64,000 bases of DNA from Raja brachyura (Eukaryota): the NCBI GenBank assembly GCA_963514005.1, contig OY740791.1, forward strand, positions 51,832,001-51,896,000. Reading direction: 5' to 3'. How positions within the stretch are numbered: position 1 is the first letter of the stretch; the number at the start of each line of letters is the position of its first letter. The notes beneath the pieces were generated by a model. That model did not search any database. It was not told where the DNA came from and was given only the letters and a program-made list of their open reading frames with translations. This document shows positions 1 to 11,100 of this stretch, in pieces. The position numbers and the translations under genes were made by a program.

Positions 1-201
1 ACATGAATCTAATCACCTTATCAAGTGAATGTGTACAAGTACCCTTTAAAAATAGTTAATTCTGCAATTATTTTTCATTGTAAAATTGACATGTAACATA
101 CAGTATGCATGTAGTTTATTGTTAGGCACTGATTTCTCTTTAAAATTTCGACCATTTTTAAAGAGAATTGATGTGCATCTATGATACATGTGTGGTATTT
201 A

Positions 202-401
202 TTACACATTGTTGTAGCAGCCACTGCTGTCAGTTGAGTGTAGAAACTTCATTAAAGACTGTTGTTCAGCATCTCTATCTTTATTTCTTGCATAAGTGAC
301 CAGCAATAGAAAAGAGACCATAGACACTATTCGAATGATGAGGGGGTGAACTCTGGTAAAAAGATAAATCTGTGGCGAGGATTTTCCATGGGGGGTCAAT
401 G
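202..401 (-). CDS. Candidate terminal transmembrane/short-tail exon of gene A (Arg in the TM)
   Basis: Phase-1 TTCAG acceptor downstream of a pyrimidine tract; ALTPHGKSSPQIYLFTRVH-PLIIRIVSMVSFLLLVTYA-RNKDRD..YNNV*; minus-strand AATAAA at 115-120. Weak, because part of it is duplicated intronically at about 1030-1105. Confidence 0.3.
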
Positions 402-586
402 CTGAATCATTGGACGTGAGGTGATAATGCAAAAGAGAGAACAACTGAGCAGAACATGTTGTGATGTAATGTGTAGGAAAGAACTGCAGATGCTGGTTTA
501 AATCAAAGATAGAAACAAAATATGGAGTAACTCAGTGGGACAGGCAGCAACTCTGGAGATGATGTAACACAGGCTGAGGAACTTAC

Positions 587-856
587 CGTTCACCTTAAGA
601 TAGATTGAATTGGTCAGCTTGAGGCTGTTTCGATGAAACAATCCACATGTCCATTTCCTTCTCACCGTCTGAGCTCTTGGAATAATCAACTGCAAAGACC
701 ACACTTTCTCCCTTGAATCCTTTAAAAATTTGTCTCCCACAATTTTGTCATCACTGTTGATCCAAGTGAGTCTCATTGATTCAGCAACACCAGACACAGA
801 GCAGGTCAGGGTAACTTTGTCTCCCTCAGTCACTGCATCAGATGGTTCAGATGTAA
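587..856 (-). CDS. Gene A Ig domain D8 exon (C2-like, WxC motif; repeat of D4)
   Basis: 270 bp, phase 1-1, CAG/GTAAGT; EGDKVTLTCSVS..LTW..KWTCGLF. Confidence 0.88.
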
Positions 857-1641
857 CTGTGGAAACAAGAACATCATTGGGGATTTTGAACAGCAGCCAG
901 AGTTTCTACTCTATTGATTTCTTCATCAATCCCCTGATATCCCTACCACTGACCTAAAGGACAATTCATATTGTTTAGAAACTCTGTGTTATTGTTTACT
1001 ACAGTGAACAGCAAAATACACAACTCAAATGTTGAGGGGTGATCTCCAGTAAAAAGATCAATCTGTGTAAAGGGGTTTCCATGGATGGTCAATGCTGAGT
1101 CCCAGAAGGTGAATGAAAACACTTAATAATGTAAATGGTTACATTTATATTGTGCAACTTGAGTTTCCACAATCAATGACACCATCTCAAAAACACTGCA
1201 CAATAAACAGCTGCTGCCCACAGCACTACCCAGGTCCACTGTGCTGGAGCCAAACCCTTCCCCACACTGACACATTCCAATGGCAGGATGCCACCCAGAG
1301 TTTCCTGTAAATGACACATGATCCTGAATATACCCTCATTGGATCTTCATTGGGGTTTATTTCTTTCTACGATGGACCCATTTCCAGCGGGTGAATCATC
1401 TTCACATTATTGCCCTTAAATATGAAAAGGAAAATGCTTTAATGCCATTTGCTGGCTGATTGTACCATTTCATGATTAATGTTGTGTTGAGTAAAATGCA
1501 AATAAATATCTGGAATTCTGGAGATGAATCAATTATTTAAAAGATGAGAATATTTGGAGTAATTTGCACAGAAATTCAACGCATTCAAAGTGGGACACTA
1601 TTCAAACGAATCATAAACACTGGCAGCATTCAGTCTTCTAC

Positions 1642-1980
1642 CTGTAACTGTGATTAGTTCAATGGTCACATATTTATTTGATCCCATGAAACATGTGTAA
1701 ACTCCAGCATCTGCAAATCGCACGGGGACAATCCTCACATGGAAATCCTTGCCATTGACATTTCGCTCTATGTTTTCCAGTCGATTACCAAAGTAGCTCC
1801 TGTTGACATGTATCTGCTCAGACCTGTGAGAAGAAGCTATTTCTTTCTCTTGATTCTGGAAAAGTTGTGAACTCCAAGTCCATTTGGTTTCACTGAGCTC
1901 AGGAGAAGCTTCACAGATCAAGTTGAGTTCACTGTAATCTGTGACTGAACGATAAACTGTGTACGTCTTGTTATGTAAAT
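1642..1980 (-). CDS. Gene A Ig domain D7 exon (V-set; repeat of D3)
   Basis: 339 bp, phase 1-1; LNLIC..WTW..VRIVPVRFADAGVYTC. Confidence 0.9.
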
Positions 1981-2489
1981 CTGCAAGAGAGGGACAGGAA
2001 ACAAAGAAATAGATTTCCACAGATGCTGAGATACAATGTTGTGAGTTTCCACAGAGACAATCCCCCGGCTCCGGGATGTGAGACGAGAGTGTCCTAGAAT
2101 GTCAGATCACTGAAGTGAGTGAAGAACAACACCTGACCCATGAGAATGGCTCAGAAAAGACCCAAATCATTGAACAGCTGTACTTCTATCTTTAATTAAC
2201 TTTTATTTGCCACCTCCATTCTATACAGAAGACTACTTGCTTCTCTGCATTGATGGATTTTATCCCCTTTGATTCATACAAGCAAAATTAAATAAATACC
2301 GTGGTTCTCCTGTGTGGCTCCATCAATCTTAGTGCCACCATTTTATATTTACCCATGTCCCAGGGTAAAGGCAATGCCCACATCCTGCAGTGAAAGTCCA
2401 CGGTGGAGACAGTGCTCACTGTACAATATGTGGAACAGTTTGATATCAGGAACTATTTAATACCTGCTGCAAGGCAGCTTTGGACTCAC

Positions 2490-2753
2490 CCTGATCCACT
2501 TCAACATTGATGTCTCCAGTGAGAACAATGGAGCCATTTTCTTGCACTTCCCATGTGTACAGATTGGGATTTCCTGCTCCAACGTGTTGGACCATCAGAT
2601 AGACGGTGTTATTCAGACAGATCTGATCAGTGTTGTTCCTCCTATCCTGCTGAGATGGTTTCCAGTGAAGACTGAAGGTATCAGGGAGTCTGGAGATGGT
2701 ACAGCTGAGGGTGATGTCACTGCCCATTACTGGCCTCGGTGAGTCTGTCTCAA
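2490..2753 (-). CDS. Gene A Ig domain D6 exon (C2-like; repeat of D2, F-strand Cys replaced by Trp)
   Basis: 264 bp, phase 1-1, CAG/GTGAGT; GSDITLSC..LHW..LYTWEV. Confidence 0.88.
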
Positions 2754-3196
2754 CTGTGGAAACAGACACATGATGTGTGGTTCAGTTCCCCACCAGCTTT
2801 CTGAACTGCTGTGGGCAGAATTGGCTTTTTTCTGCAAACAGGCAGTCGGCGAATGTTGAGCAGCCGTTCTCAGTCATGTCATCAGCACTTCCAGTTAATG
2901 ACCACCTGCCCCCCTTGTCTCCCACCTCTACCCGCTGCTCCCAAACAACATCATCCAAAAACATTGAGCAGATTCCACAGATATGTTCCCAGCACCAGCT
3001 TTGCCTGCGCCACCTCTCTCAATCCTCCCGTGGTCTCTGTGCTGTTGATGACTTGACTAGCAATGGCCTGGTGAAGCAAGGTCACTGTTGCTGACCTTGT
3101 GGAACCTGCAACTGAGTTTGGGCCCTCTCTGTGGCCAGGACTTCACTTTCCCTGACATTTGGTAATGGAGGTCAGTTTGTGGGAACACCTAATATA

Positions 3197-4801
3197 CAGT
3201 GGCTTGCAAAAGTTTTCACACCCCTTGAACTTTTCCACATTTTGTCATGTTACAACCACAAACATAAATTATTTTATTGGGATTTTATGTGATAGACCAA
3301 CACAAAGTGGCGCATAATTGTGAAGTGGAAGGAAAATGATCCATGGTTTTCAAATTTTTTACAAATAAAAAACTGAAAAGTGTGGCGTGCAAAAGCATTC
3401 AGCCCCCTTTACTCTGATACCCCTAAATAAAATCCAGTGCAACCGATTGCCTTCACAAGTCATCTAATTAGTAAATAGAGTCCACTTGTGTGTAATCTAA
3501 TCTCAGTATAAATACAGCTGTTTGGTGAAGGACTCAGAGGTTTGTTAGAGAACATTAGTGAACAAACAACATCATGAAGCCCAAGGAACACACCAGACAG
3601 GTCAGGGAAAAAGTTGTGGAGAAGTTTAAAGCAGGGTTAGGTTATAAAAAAATATCCCAAGCTTTGAACATCTCACGGAGCACTTTTCAATCCATCATCC
3701 AAAAATGGAAAGAGTATGGCACAACTGCAAACCTACCAAGACATGGCCATCCACCTAAACTGACAGGCCGGGCAAGGAGTGCATTGATCAGAGAAGCAGC
3801 CAAGAGGCCCATGGTAACTCTGGAGGAGCTGCAGAGATCCACAGCTCAGGTGGGAGAATCTGTCCACGGGACAACTATTAGCCGTGCACTCCACAAATCG
3901 GGCCTTTATGGAAGAGTGGCAAGAAGAAAGCCATTGTTGAACCAAATCAATAAGACGTCCCATTTGCCGTTTGCCACAAGCCATGTGGAGGACACAGCAA
4001 ACATGTGAAGGAAGGTGCTCTGGAGACCAAAATTGAAGTTTTTGGCCTAAATGCAAAACACTATGTGTGGCAGAAAGCTAACACTGCACATCACACTGAA
4101 TACACCATCCCCACTGTGAAACATGGTGGCGGCAGCATCATGCTGTGGGGATGCTTTTCTTCAGCAGGGCCAGGGAAGCTGGTCAGAGTTGATGGGAAGA
4201 TGGATGGAGCCAAATACAGGGCAATCTTGGAAGAAAACCTGTTAGAGTCTGCAAAAGTCTTGAGACTGGGTCGGAGGCTCAACTTCCAGCAGGACGACAA
4301 CCCTAAAGATACAGCCAAAGCTACAATGGAATAGTTAAGATCAAAGCATATTCATGTGTTGGAATGGCCCAGTCAGTCCAGGCCTAAATCCAATTGAGAA
4401 TCTCTGGCAAGACTTGAAAATTGCTGTTTTCAGACGCTCTCCATCCAATCTGACTGAGCTTGAGCTATTTTACAAAAACGAATGGGTACAAATTTCAGTC
4501 TCTAGATGTGCAAAGCTGGTAGAGACATACCACAAAAGACTTGCAGCTGTAATTGCAGCAAAATGTGGTTCTACAAAGTATTGACTCAGGGGGACTGAAT
4601 ACTTTTGCACGCCACACTTTCAGTTTTTTATTTGTAATAAAATTTGGAAACCATGTATCATTTTCCTTCCACTTCACAATTATGCACCACTCTGTGTTGG
4701 TCTATCACATAAAATCCCAATAAAATACATTTACGTTTGTGGTTGTGACGTGACAAAATGTGGAAAAGTTCAAGGGGTATGAAACCTTCTGCAAGCCACT
4801 G
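3197..4801 (+). mobile_element. Tc1/mariner DNA transposon, IR-DR type, full length but inactive
   Basis: TA on both flanks; TIRs of about 210 bp starting CAGTGGCTTGCA; transposase remnants at 3574-4584 with a stop at 4006-4008, a deletion in WSDETK and frameshifts. Confidence 0.95.
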
Positions 4802-4845
4802 TAAACGTAATGTTTACAACACTTTCTGCTCATTCGTTGACTTAC

Positions 4846-5190
4846 CTTTGATCCCAAATAGTTCCCACTCTCTCAGGATTTTCCCACTGGGCTGTGTCTG
4901 ATTCCAGGTGAACAGTCCCTCAAGTTGAAAGTTGGGCTTCCTGATCCTCAGATTAAGGGTACCCCAATCCGCAAACATAATCTGGGAAATGTTTGGTATT
5001 TGATTGTACTCGTCACTCCATTGTACGGCCCACCGCTGATCTTCTCTGTGAAAAGTGGCCAATCGCTTTGTGGTTTGTTGCCCTGAGTTTGGCCTCCATT
5101 CCCAGACAATGGGGCCATTTCCAGGACTGTCTGGTCCTTTCAACACATAGTTGCCTTCCTGGTGGAGAAAGTAAATGGAATCGCCACTTG
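4846..5190 (-). CDS. Gene A Ig domain D5 exon (V-like, cysteine-less; repeat of D1)
   Basis: 345 bp, phase 1-1, CAG/GTAAGT; IYFLHQEGNYVLKGPD..VWEW..LRIRKPNFQLEGLFTW. Confidence 0.88.
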
Positions 5191-5732
5191 CTGCCAGAAA
5201 AGCAAAACAAAGTTTACAATCAGACAACGATGTCAGTCTGATCTGTGTCATGAGGAACATTGTGGATAATTGTTTTTTAAATAGTGTGAGTTATAATTCA
5301 TAGAATCAAATAACATGGAAACAGGCCCCTGTCCCAACATCCATGGTGACCAGTTGGCACTCTTCCATATTTGTCTCATCTCTCATGGCCTATTACCGTC
5401 AATGCTTGTGTGATTTACCCAACACTTTTAATTACAACTATATTTTACAAGCAGTGAAGTACATGAAAGATTTCCATGGAACGGCTTCACTTTCCACAGC
5501 ATCATGAAGATGTAACAATCACACAATTAACATGGCACATGGAAAGGGAAGTTTCAATATTCACCCAGGGCCACGGAGTTATCCCACGGTCCATATTCCC
5601 AGGCACTGCACCACTGCAGATTCTCCCACACAGGCTATAAAGGAGGAGTGAGTGCTGGCAAATAGGACAATAATGTCACATCAAAATGTGACCAAAATTT
5701 TAAGTATGAAGAGCAAATCCTGAGTCACTTAC

Positions 5733-5993
5733 CACTGGGCTCCTGATAGTACGGGACAAAAAGCCGGGGCAGGTGTTGATGAAACAAACCACATCTCCAG
5801 TTCCCTCTGCCCCTCTCAACTTTCTGAATAACCAGACTCAGTGATTTCTCTTTCTCGGTCAGTGTCTTTTCTCCAACACTTTTGTCATCACCATTGATCC
5901 AAACCAGTCTCATTGACTCAGTGACGTGTGACACAGAGCAGGTCAGGGTGATGGTATCTCCCTCAGTCACCGCATCAGACGGTTCAGCTGTGA
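5733..5993 (-). CDS. Gene A Ig domain D4 exon (C2-like, WxC motif)
   Basis: 261 bp, phase 1-1; EGDTITLTCSVS..LVW..GNWRCGLF. Confidence 0.9.
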
Positions 5994-6071
5994 CTGTGGA
6001 AACAAGCAGGTTGTTTACATTTTAAACAATTAGTTCATTAGTGAAAACACTGGCAGCATTCTGTCTCCTAC

Positions 6072-6440
6072 CTTTCACTGTGATTAGATCAATGGTGAGC
6101 AATGGAGAACTTCCCTCATTGTTCACTAATGTGTCTGTTCCAAGAAAACATTTGTAACATCCGGCATCTTGAAACATAACGGGGACAACCCTCAAACTGA
6201 AATCCTTGCCATCGTAGGGTTTCACTGACTTCACCAGTCGATTCCTGAAATCGTCCCTTTTGACATTGATGGGCTGAGAGTATGTTGCTGATGCTATTAC
6301 TTGCTGCTGTTGTTGTTGAAGGCGACGTGATGTCCAGGTCATGACAGTATTGGAATCCCCATGAATGTTATAGCAAACCAGGTGAAGTTCACTGTGATCT
6401 GTGCTGGAGCGGTAAACTGTGTATTTCCTTTGATATAAAG
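6072..6440 (-). CDS. Gene A Ig domain D3 exon (V-set)
   Basis: 369 bp, phase 1-1; LHLVC..MTW..FSLRVVPVMFQDAGCYKC (DxGxYxC); 78-bp intron to D4. Confidence 0.9.
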
Positions 6441-7434
6441 CTGTATTGGAGAGACAGAGGATAACTCATTTCAGTATTACAGTTGCAACCACATTCTCAT
6501 AAATATTTGCGGTGTTTTGTTCAGCTGGTCAAGCTTCAAATGTAAATGAATTTTGCATCAACACTCATCAGATCTTAAACAAAACACAAACAACATTTCC
6601 TGCAAATTAGTAAATTGCAGTAAAGCTTGGATATTTCACAGACTGTCCGGGAATCTCCCGGGATGGAATGAAACCTCCCGGAGACTCCCGAGAGCGGACT
6701 GGGAGGTGAATCGCTCTGTCAGTCTGCAGGTGGTGGTGCAGGTTCAGGCTGCGGACAGAAGCAGCCCAGAGGATGCCTGCACTGGGACTGACCCGGACAG
6801 GTTGGCAGTTCAAGTGGGTCGGGTCTTCCCGTCCCATCATTCCCATTATTCCCATGATCCCTCTCCCATTCACACCCGTTGATTCCCTGCCCTTCCCTCT
6901 TCCCCGGGTCCTGCTCCCAGCCGAATGCTGATCTGAAGCCCGAGTCTGCAGCAGCTGGAATCACTTCAAACAGCAGCAGGACTCGGAGAGAAGGGTCAGT
7001 GAGGGGAGAGGGGACGGATTGTTGTTCAGTGCTGATGTGTGCACCGGGTCCACCAGTGTGAGTGTGAGCAGCAAGTGCTGGTGGTTGTCATGGTGACTAC
7101 ACTTTCTATCTGACACTTTGACGTGAGTCCTGTATCAGTATCTCAGTCTCAGATACTGGAGCATTGATGGCAAGTTAAACTGACAAAATACTTTACTGAA
7201 CAATAGTTACAGAAATACATCCTCACTCCTGTGCTGTGTGTCTGTCACACAGAGACAAGCAGGCAGCTGCTGCACACAGAGACTTTCTGGAAACTTCTCC
7301 CTGATCATTGCAGTATTTTATATACCGGAGCAGTTGCTTGTCTACAGTTCTTCATGGAGCGCACACATCATATTACAAGAAGCACCGTGATACAAGTGTC
7401 TACTTAATATCTAATGGGAGGTGTTTACACTTAC

Positions 7435-7704
7435 ACGTGTTTACAGTAAAATCTACATTACGTGTGTGAACGATGTTTCTGTTTTCCTGCACTTCACAGA
7501 CATACAGCTTCCCATCCTCCACTGTAACATGTCGGATCATCAGATAGACCGTGTTCTTCAGGCGGATCTGATCAGTGTTGCTCGGGTTCTGCTGGGATGA
7601 GTCCATGGGTCTCCAGTGAAGACTGACTGTATCTGAGAGTCTGGAGATGGTGCAGCTGAGTGTGACATCACTGCCCAGCAGAGGGCGCTGTGAACTTGCC
7701 TCAA
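7435..7704 (-). CDS. Gene A Ig domain D2 exon (C2-like)
   Basis: 270 bp, phase 1-1, CAG/GTAAGT; GSDVTLSC..LHW..DGKLYVCEV with both canonical Cys. Confidence 0.9.
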
Positions 7705-7961
7705 CTGTGAAAAACATATCAATGAGATTCAGGGTGAGTAGTGGTGTGTACAGTCCAATGACTGGGCTCAATCTCACCTCAGCTGAAAACCTAGACCCGC
7801 CCCTCATTCTTCTAAACTCCAGCAAGTCCAAGCCCAGAGCCACAAACACTCATCATACGTTAAACCAATCATCCCCTGGGGCATTTTCATAAACATTTGT
7901 TTTATTTTCATCACTTCAGACCCGCACTGCAATCTCTGCACCTTTGTGCTGGTTTGCTTTT

Positions 7962-8192
7962 AGAAACAGAGAAACATAGAAAATAGGTGCAGGAGGAGGG
8001 CATTCGGCTATTCGAGCCAGCACCGCCATTCATTGTGATCATGGCTGATCATCCCCAATCAATAACCCGTGCCTGCCTTCTCCCCATATCCCTTGATTCC
8101 ACTAGCCCCTAGAGTTCTATCTAACTGTCTTAAATCCATCCAGTGACTTGGCCTCCACTGCCCTCTGTGGCAGGGAATACCACAAATTCACA
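7962..8192 (-). mobile_element. CR1/HER1-like LINE 3' end, interrupted by DIRS copy 1 and resuming at 11915-12135
   Basis: (AGAAACAT)-type tail plus AAATAGGTGCAGGAG; colinear with the uninterrupted copy starting at about 48724. Confidence 0.85.
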
Positions 8193-11100
8193 ATTTTACT
8201 TCGGAGGAACGTGAGTGACCACGTGAAGAAGCCCCCCAGGTGCATGCACATCCTTACGTCAGATGCATGGCGCACCGAAGGGCTGGATAGCGCAATTCCA
8301 CCAGCGGTAAGTAATAAACCGGCAGGTAAGTGATTTTTAAACTTTCTGACTGGCTCAGGAGCCAGCGGGAGTATTTTCAAGATGGAGAAAGTTGTATAAA
8401 ATTCTGCCATCCGTAGAAGAGCTTTACTCGCGGGACCGCGGTTAGTACTCGCAGATCGGGTAGGGAGAAACGCCGGTTCCAACGCTAACTGCAGAACCGC
8501 CGGCTGCTCAACTGCCTCCATTAACTCCGGTGCCTCAGGGTGCTGTGGCCACTCCAGCAGGGAGAAAGGCTAAACAAAAGTCAGTCAGGCCTGTTTATTC
8601 TGACGAGTCTGACGAAGATGACTCCCCACCTTCCAACAAGAAGGTCTGGGGACGTCTAGACCAAATGGAACAGATGCTTCAAACTATGATGAACCATGAA
8701 GTGTTCCAATCGGGGTCGCATACTCCCAGGATTCCCCAAACAGCCTCAGGCAGAGGCCCATATGGCGAGGAGGACTTGAACGCCTATGAGTTCCAATGGG
8801 AATCATCCTCACCAGCACCTTGTTTAGGGCTGGTCGAGACCACCCTAGAGCAAGACTTGGGAGAGCCAGGGCAGGAGGATTCTGACCCTGAAGTTGGTGT
8901 CACTGCTTTTGTGCACACACCAAGACACATGAGCCATGCGCCAGGTGTCCCAGATGTGGCTAGAAATGTTGCCATTCTGGAGGGAACTGGTGAAGCAATG
9001 GAGGAAAATCTGGCTTGCAATATAAACTACATGGCCTCTCTAAACTACACGGATTCCATCATGGAACAGACGACAATGCGTTACCAGGTACCTGTTAACT
9101 GTGCGTCGCTCAAGGTGCCCACCGTGAACTCGGCTATCTGGGCATAAATGAGCGCATCGATGAGGGGGCAGCTCCGTTTCCAGAGAGTCCTCAAATTAGT
9201 GGGGGCAGGTATCACGGCTTTTGGGAAAATGGTCCAAGGGGCACCAATGTCGGGAACACAGCAGGATATGTTGGCCCTGCTGTGCAATGCCCATTTCGAG
9301 ATCAATTGTATCCGGAAGATTGCCATCAAACCAACGTTAAACCCACGCTTTGCAGCTCTTTTTAGGTCCTCTAATATTCAGGCACCAAATTTCTTATTCG
9401 GCGAAGACCTGCTGAAACAGGTCAAAGACCTAGAGGAAGAGACCAAAACCATTGGTCTCATGAAAACCTACATACCCTCGGCAGGGATACCACCTCGCAG
9501 GTCTTTTTCAACCAGACGGGCGTCAGATGCTGGAGCAGGCCCAAGTAGAGTGTTACCAGTTGGACGGCATCCATATCCACCTGCGTACTCCAACAACTAC
9601 CCCAACATGGCCAGGAGAGTGAGAAGCTCAAGATCGACTATGGAGGTACGGGTAACTGATTCAGTCCAGGATAAATCCTCTGAGGAACAACCTCCGGTTG
9701 GGGGTAGGTTTCAATTGTTTTATGATGAATGGTGCTGCATAATATCTGATCTGTTTATACTGGACAGCGTCTCAGGGTCTCGAATTGAGTTTATGTCAGG
9801 AATAAATCCACCTGCACAAAATATGCCTAGCCGGGTATTGTTTTTTTCTGGACCAGAAACTCTGCAGGTGGATGATGAAATTGGGGTTTTATTCCAAAAA
9901 GGGGTAATTGAGAAGATGGTATATCATCCTCAACAATTTGTGTCCAATATATTCCCCAGACAGAAAAAAGATGGTGGGTGTGGAGTCATTCTAGACCTAA
10001 CCCAGTGGTAATTGAGAAGACGGTATACCATCCTCATCAATTTGTATCCAATATATTCCCCAGGCAGAAAAAAGATGGTGGGTGTCGAGTCATTCTGGAC
10101 TTAAACCAGTTAAATTCCTATGTCCAGTATAGGCATTTTAAAATAGATACTTTCAGTACTGCTAAACAGCTGTTATCAAAAGGTTGTTATATGGCAACCA
10201 TTGATCTGAAAGATGCATATTATTCAGTACCAATTCATCATCAGTACCGTAGATACTTGAAATTTAGTTGGATGTGACATCTGTGGCAACTTAAAGCGTT
10301 TCCCAATGGGTTAACCTCAGCTCCTAGGTTGTTCACAAAATTGTTAAAGCCAGTTCTGGTGCAACTTTGTGCCCAGATTCACATTGTGATGGCTTATTCA
10401 GATGATATATTAATTACAAGCAACACTCAGGAAGCAGCTGAGGAGTTGGTTTCAGCAACCAAACACCTGTTTGAGAGGTTAGGTTTTCTCATCCTTCCAA
10501 CAAAATCCAAGCTAGTACCATCCCAAAAAATTAACTATTTGGGGTTTGTCGTTGATTCAGTTGATGTGTCAGTGACTTTGCCTACGGCCAAGACTGTTGA
10601 AATCGTGGAGGTCTGTAGCAGTCTCATAGAAAAGCAACAACCCTCCATCCGGAAAGTAGCCAGTGTTATTGCCTCCTATTTAGGGCAATTTTCAGAACAA
10701 CAATCTATCGGGTCTCACCTGTTAGTGTCCCGATTCATGAGAGGTATCTTTAACAAAAACCCTCCTAAGCCTAGATATACAGAAATCTGGGTTGTCAGTA
10801 TAGTTCTCACACTGCTTTGGCAATGGGCTCCAATCACATCACTATCTTTTCAGAAGTTAACATTTCAAGTGGTTATGCTCATGGTGCTAGTATCAGCGCA
10901 CTGGGTTCAAACATTGCAAAAGTTACGGCTGGATAGCAGGTATTCTTCTGTAGATAACATGACGTTTTATGTATATGATTTAATCAAACAAAGCAGGCCA
11001 GGTATGGCCGGAATGAAAGTCAGCTTTAAAGCATACCCCGTTGACCAAAGGCTATGTGTAGTTACGCACCCGAGTCTATATATCAAGGTAACTAAGAGTC

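Noticed and set aside
498-586. Hydrophobic read-through tail after gene A D8
   Set aside because: It lies beyond a consensus GTAAGT donor and overlaps a Penelope-derived repeat, so it is likely intronic
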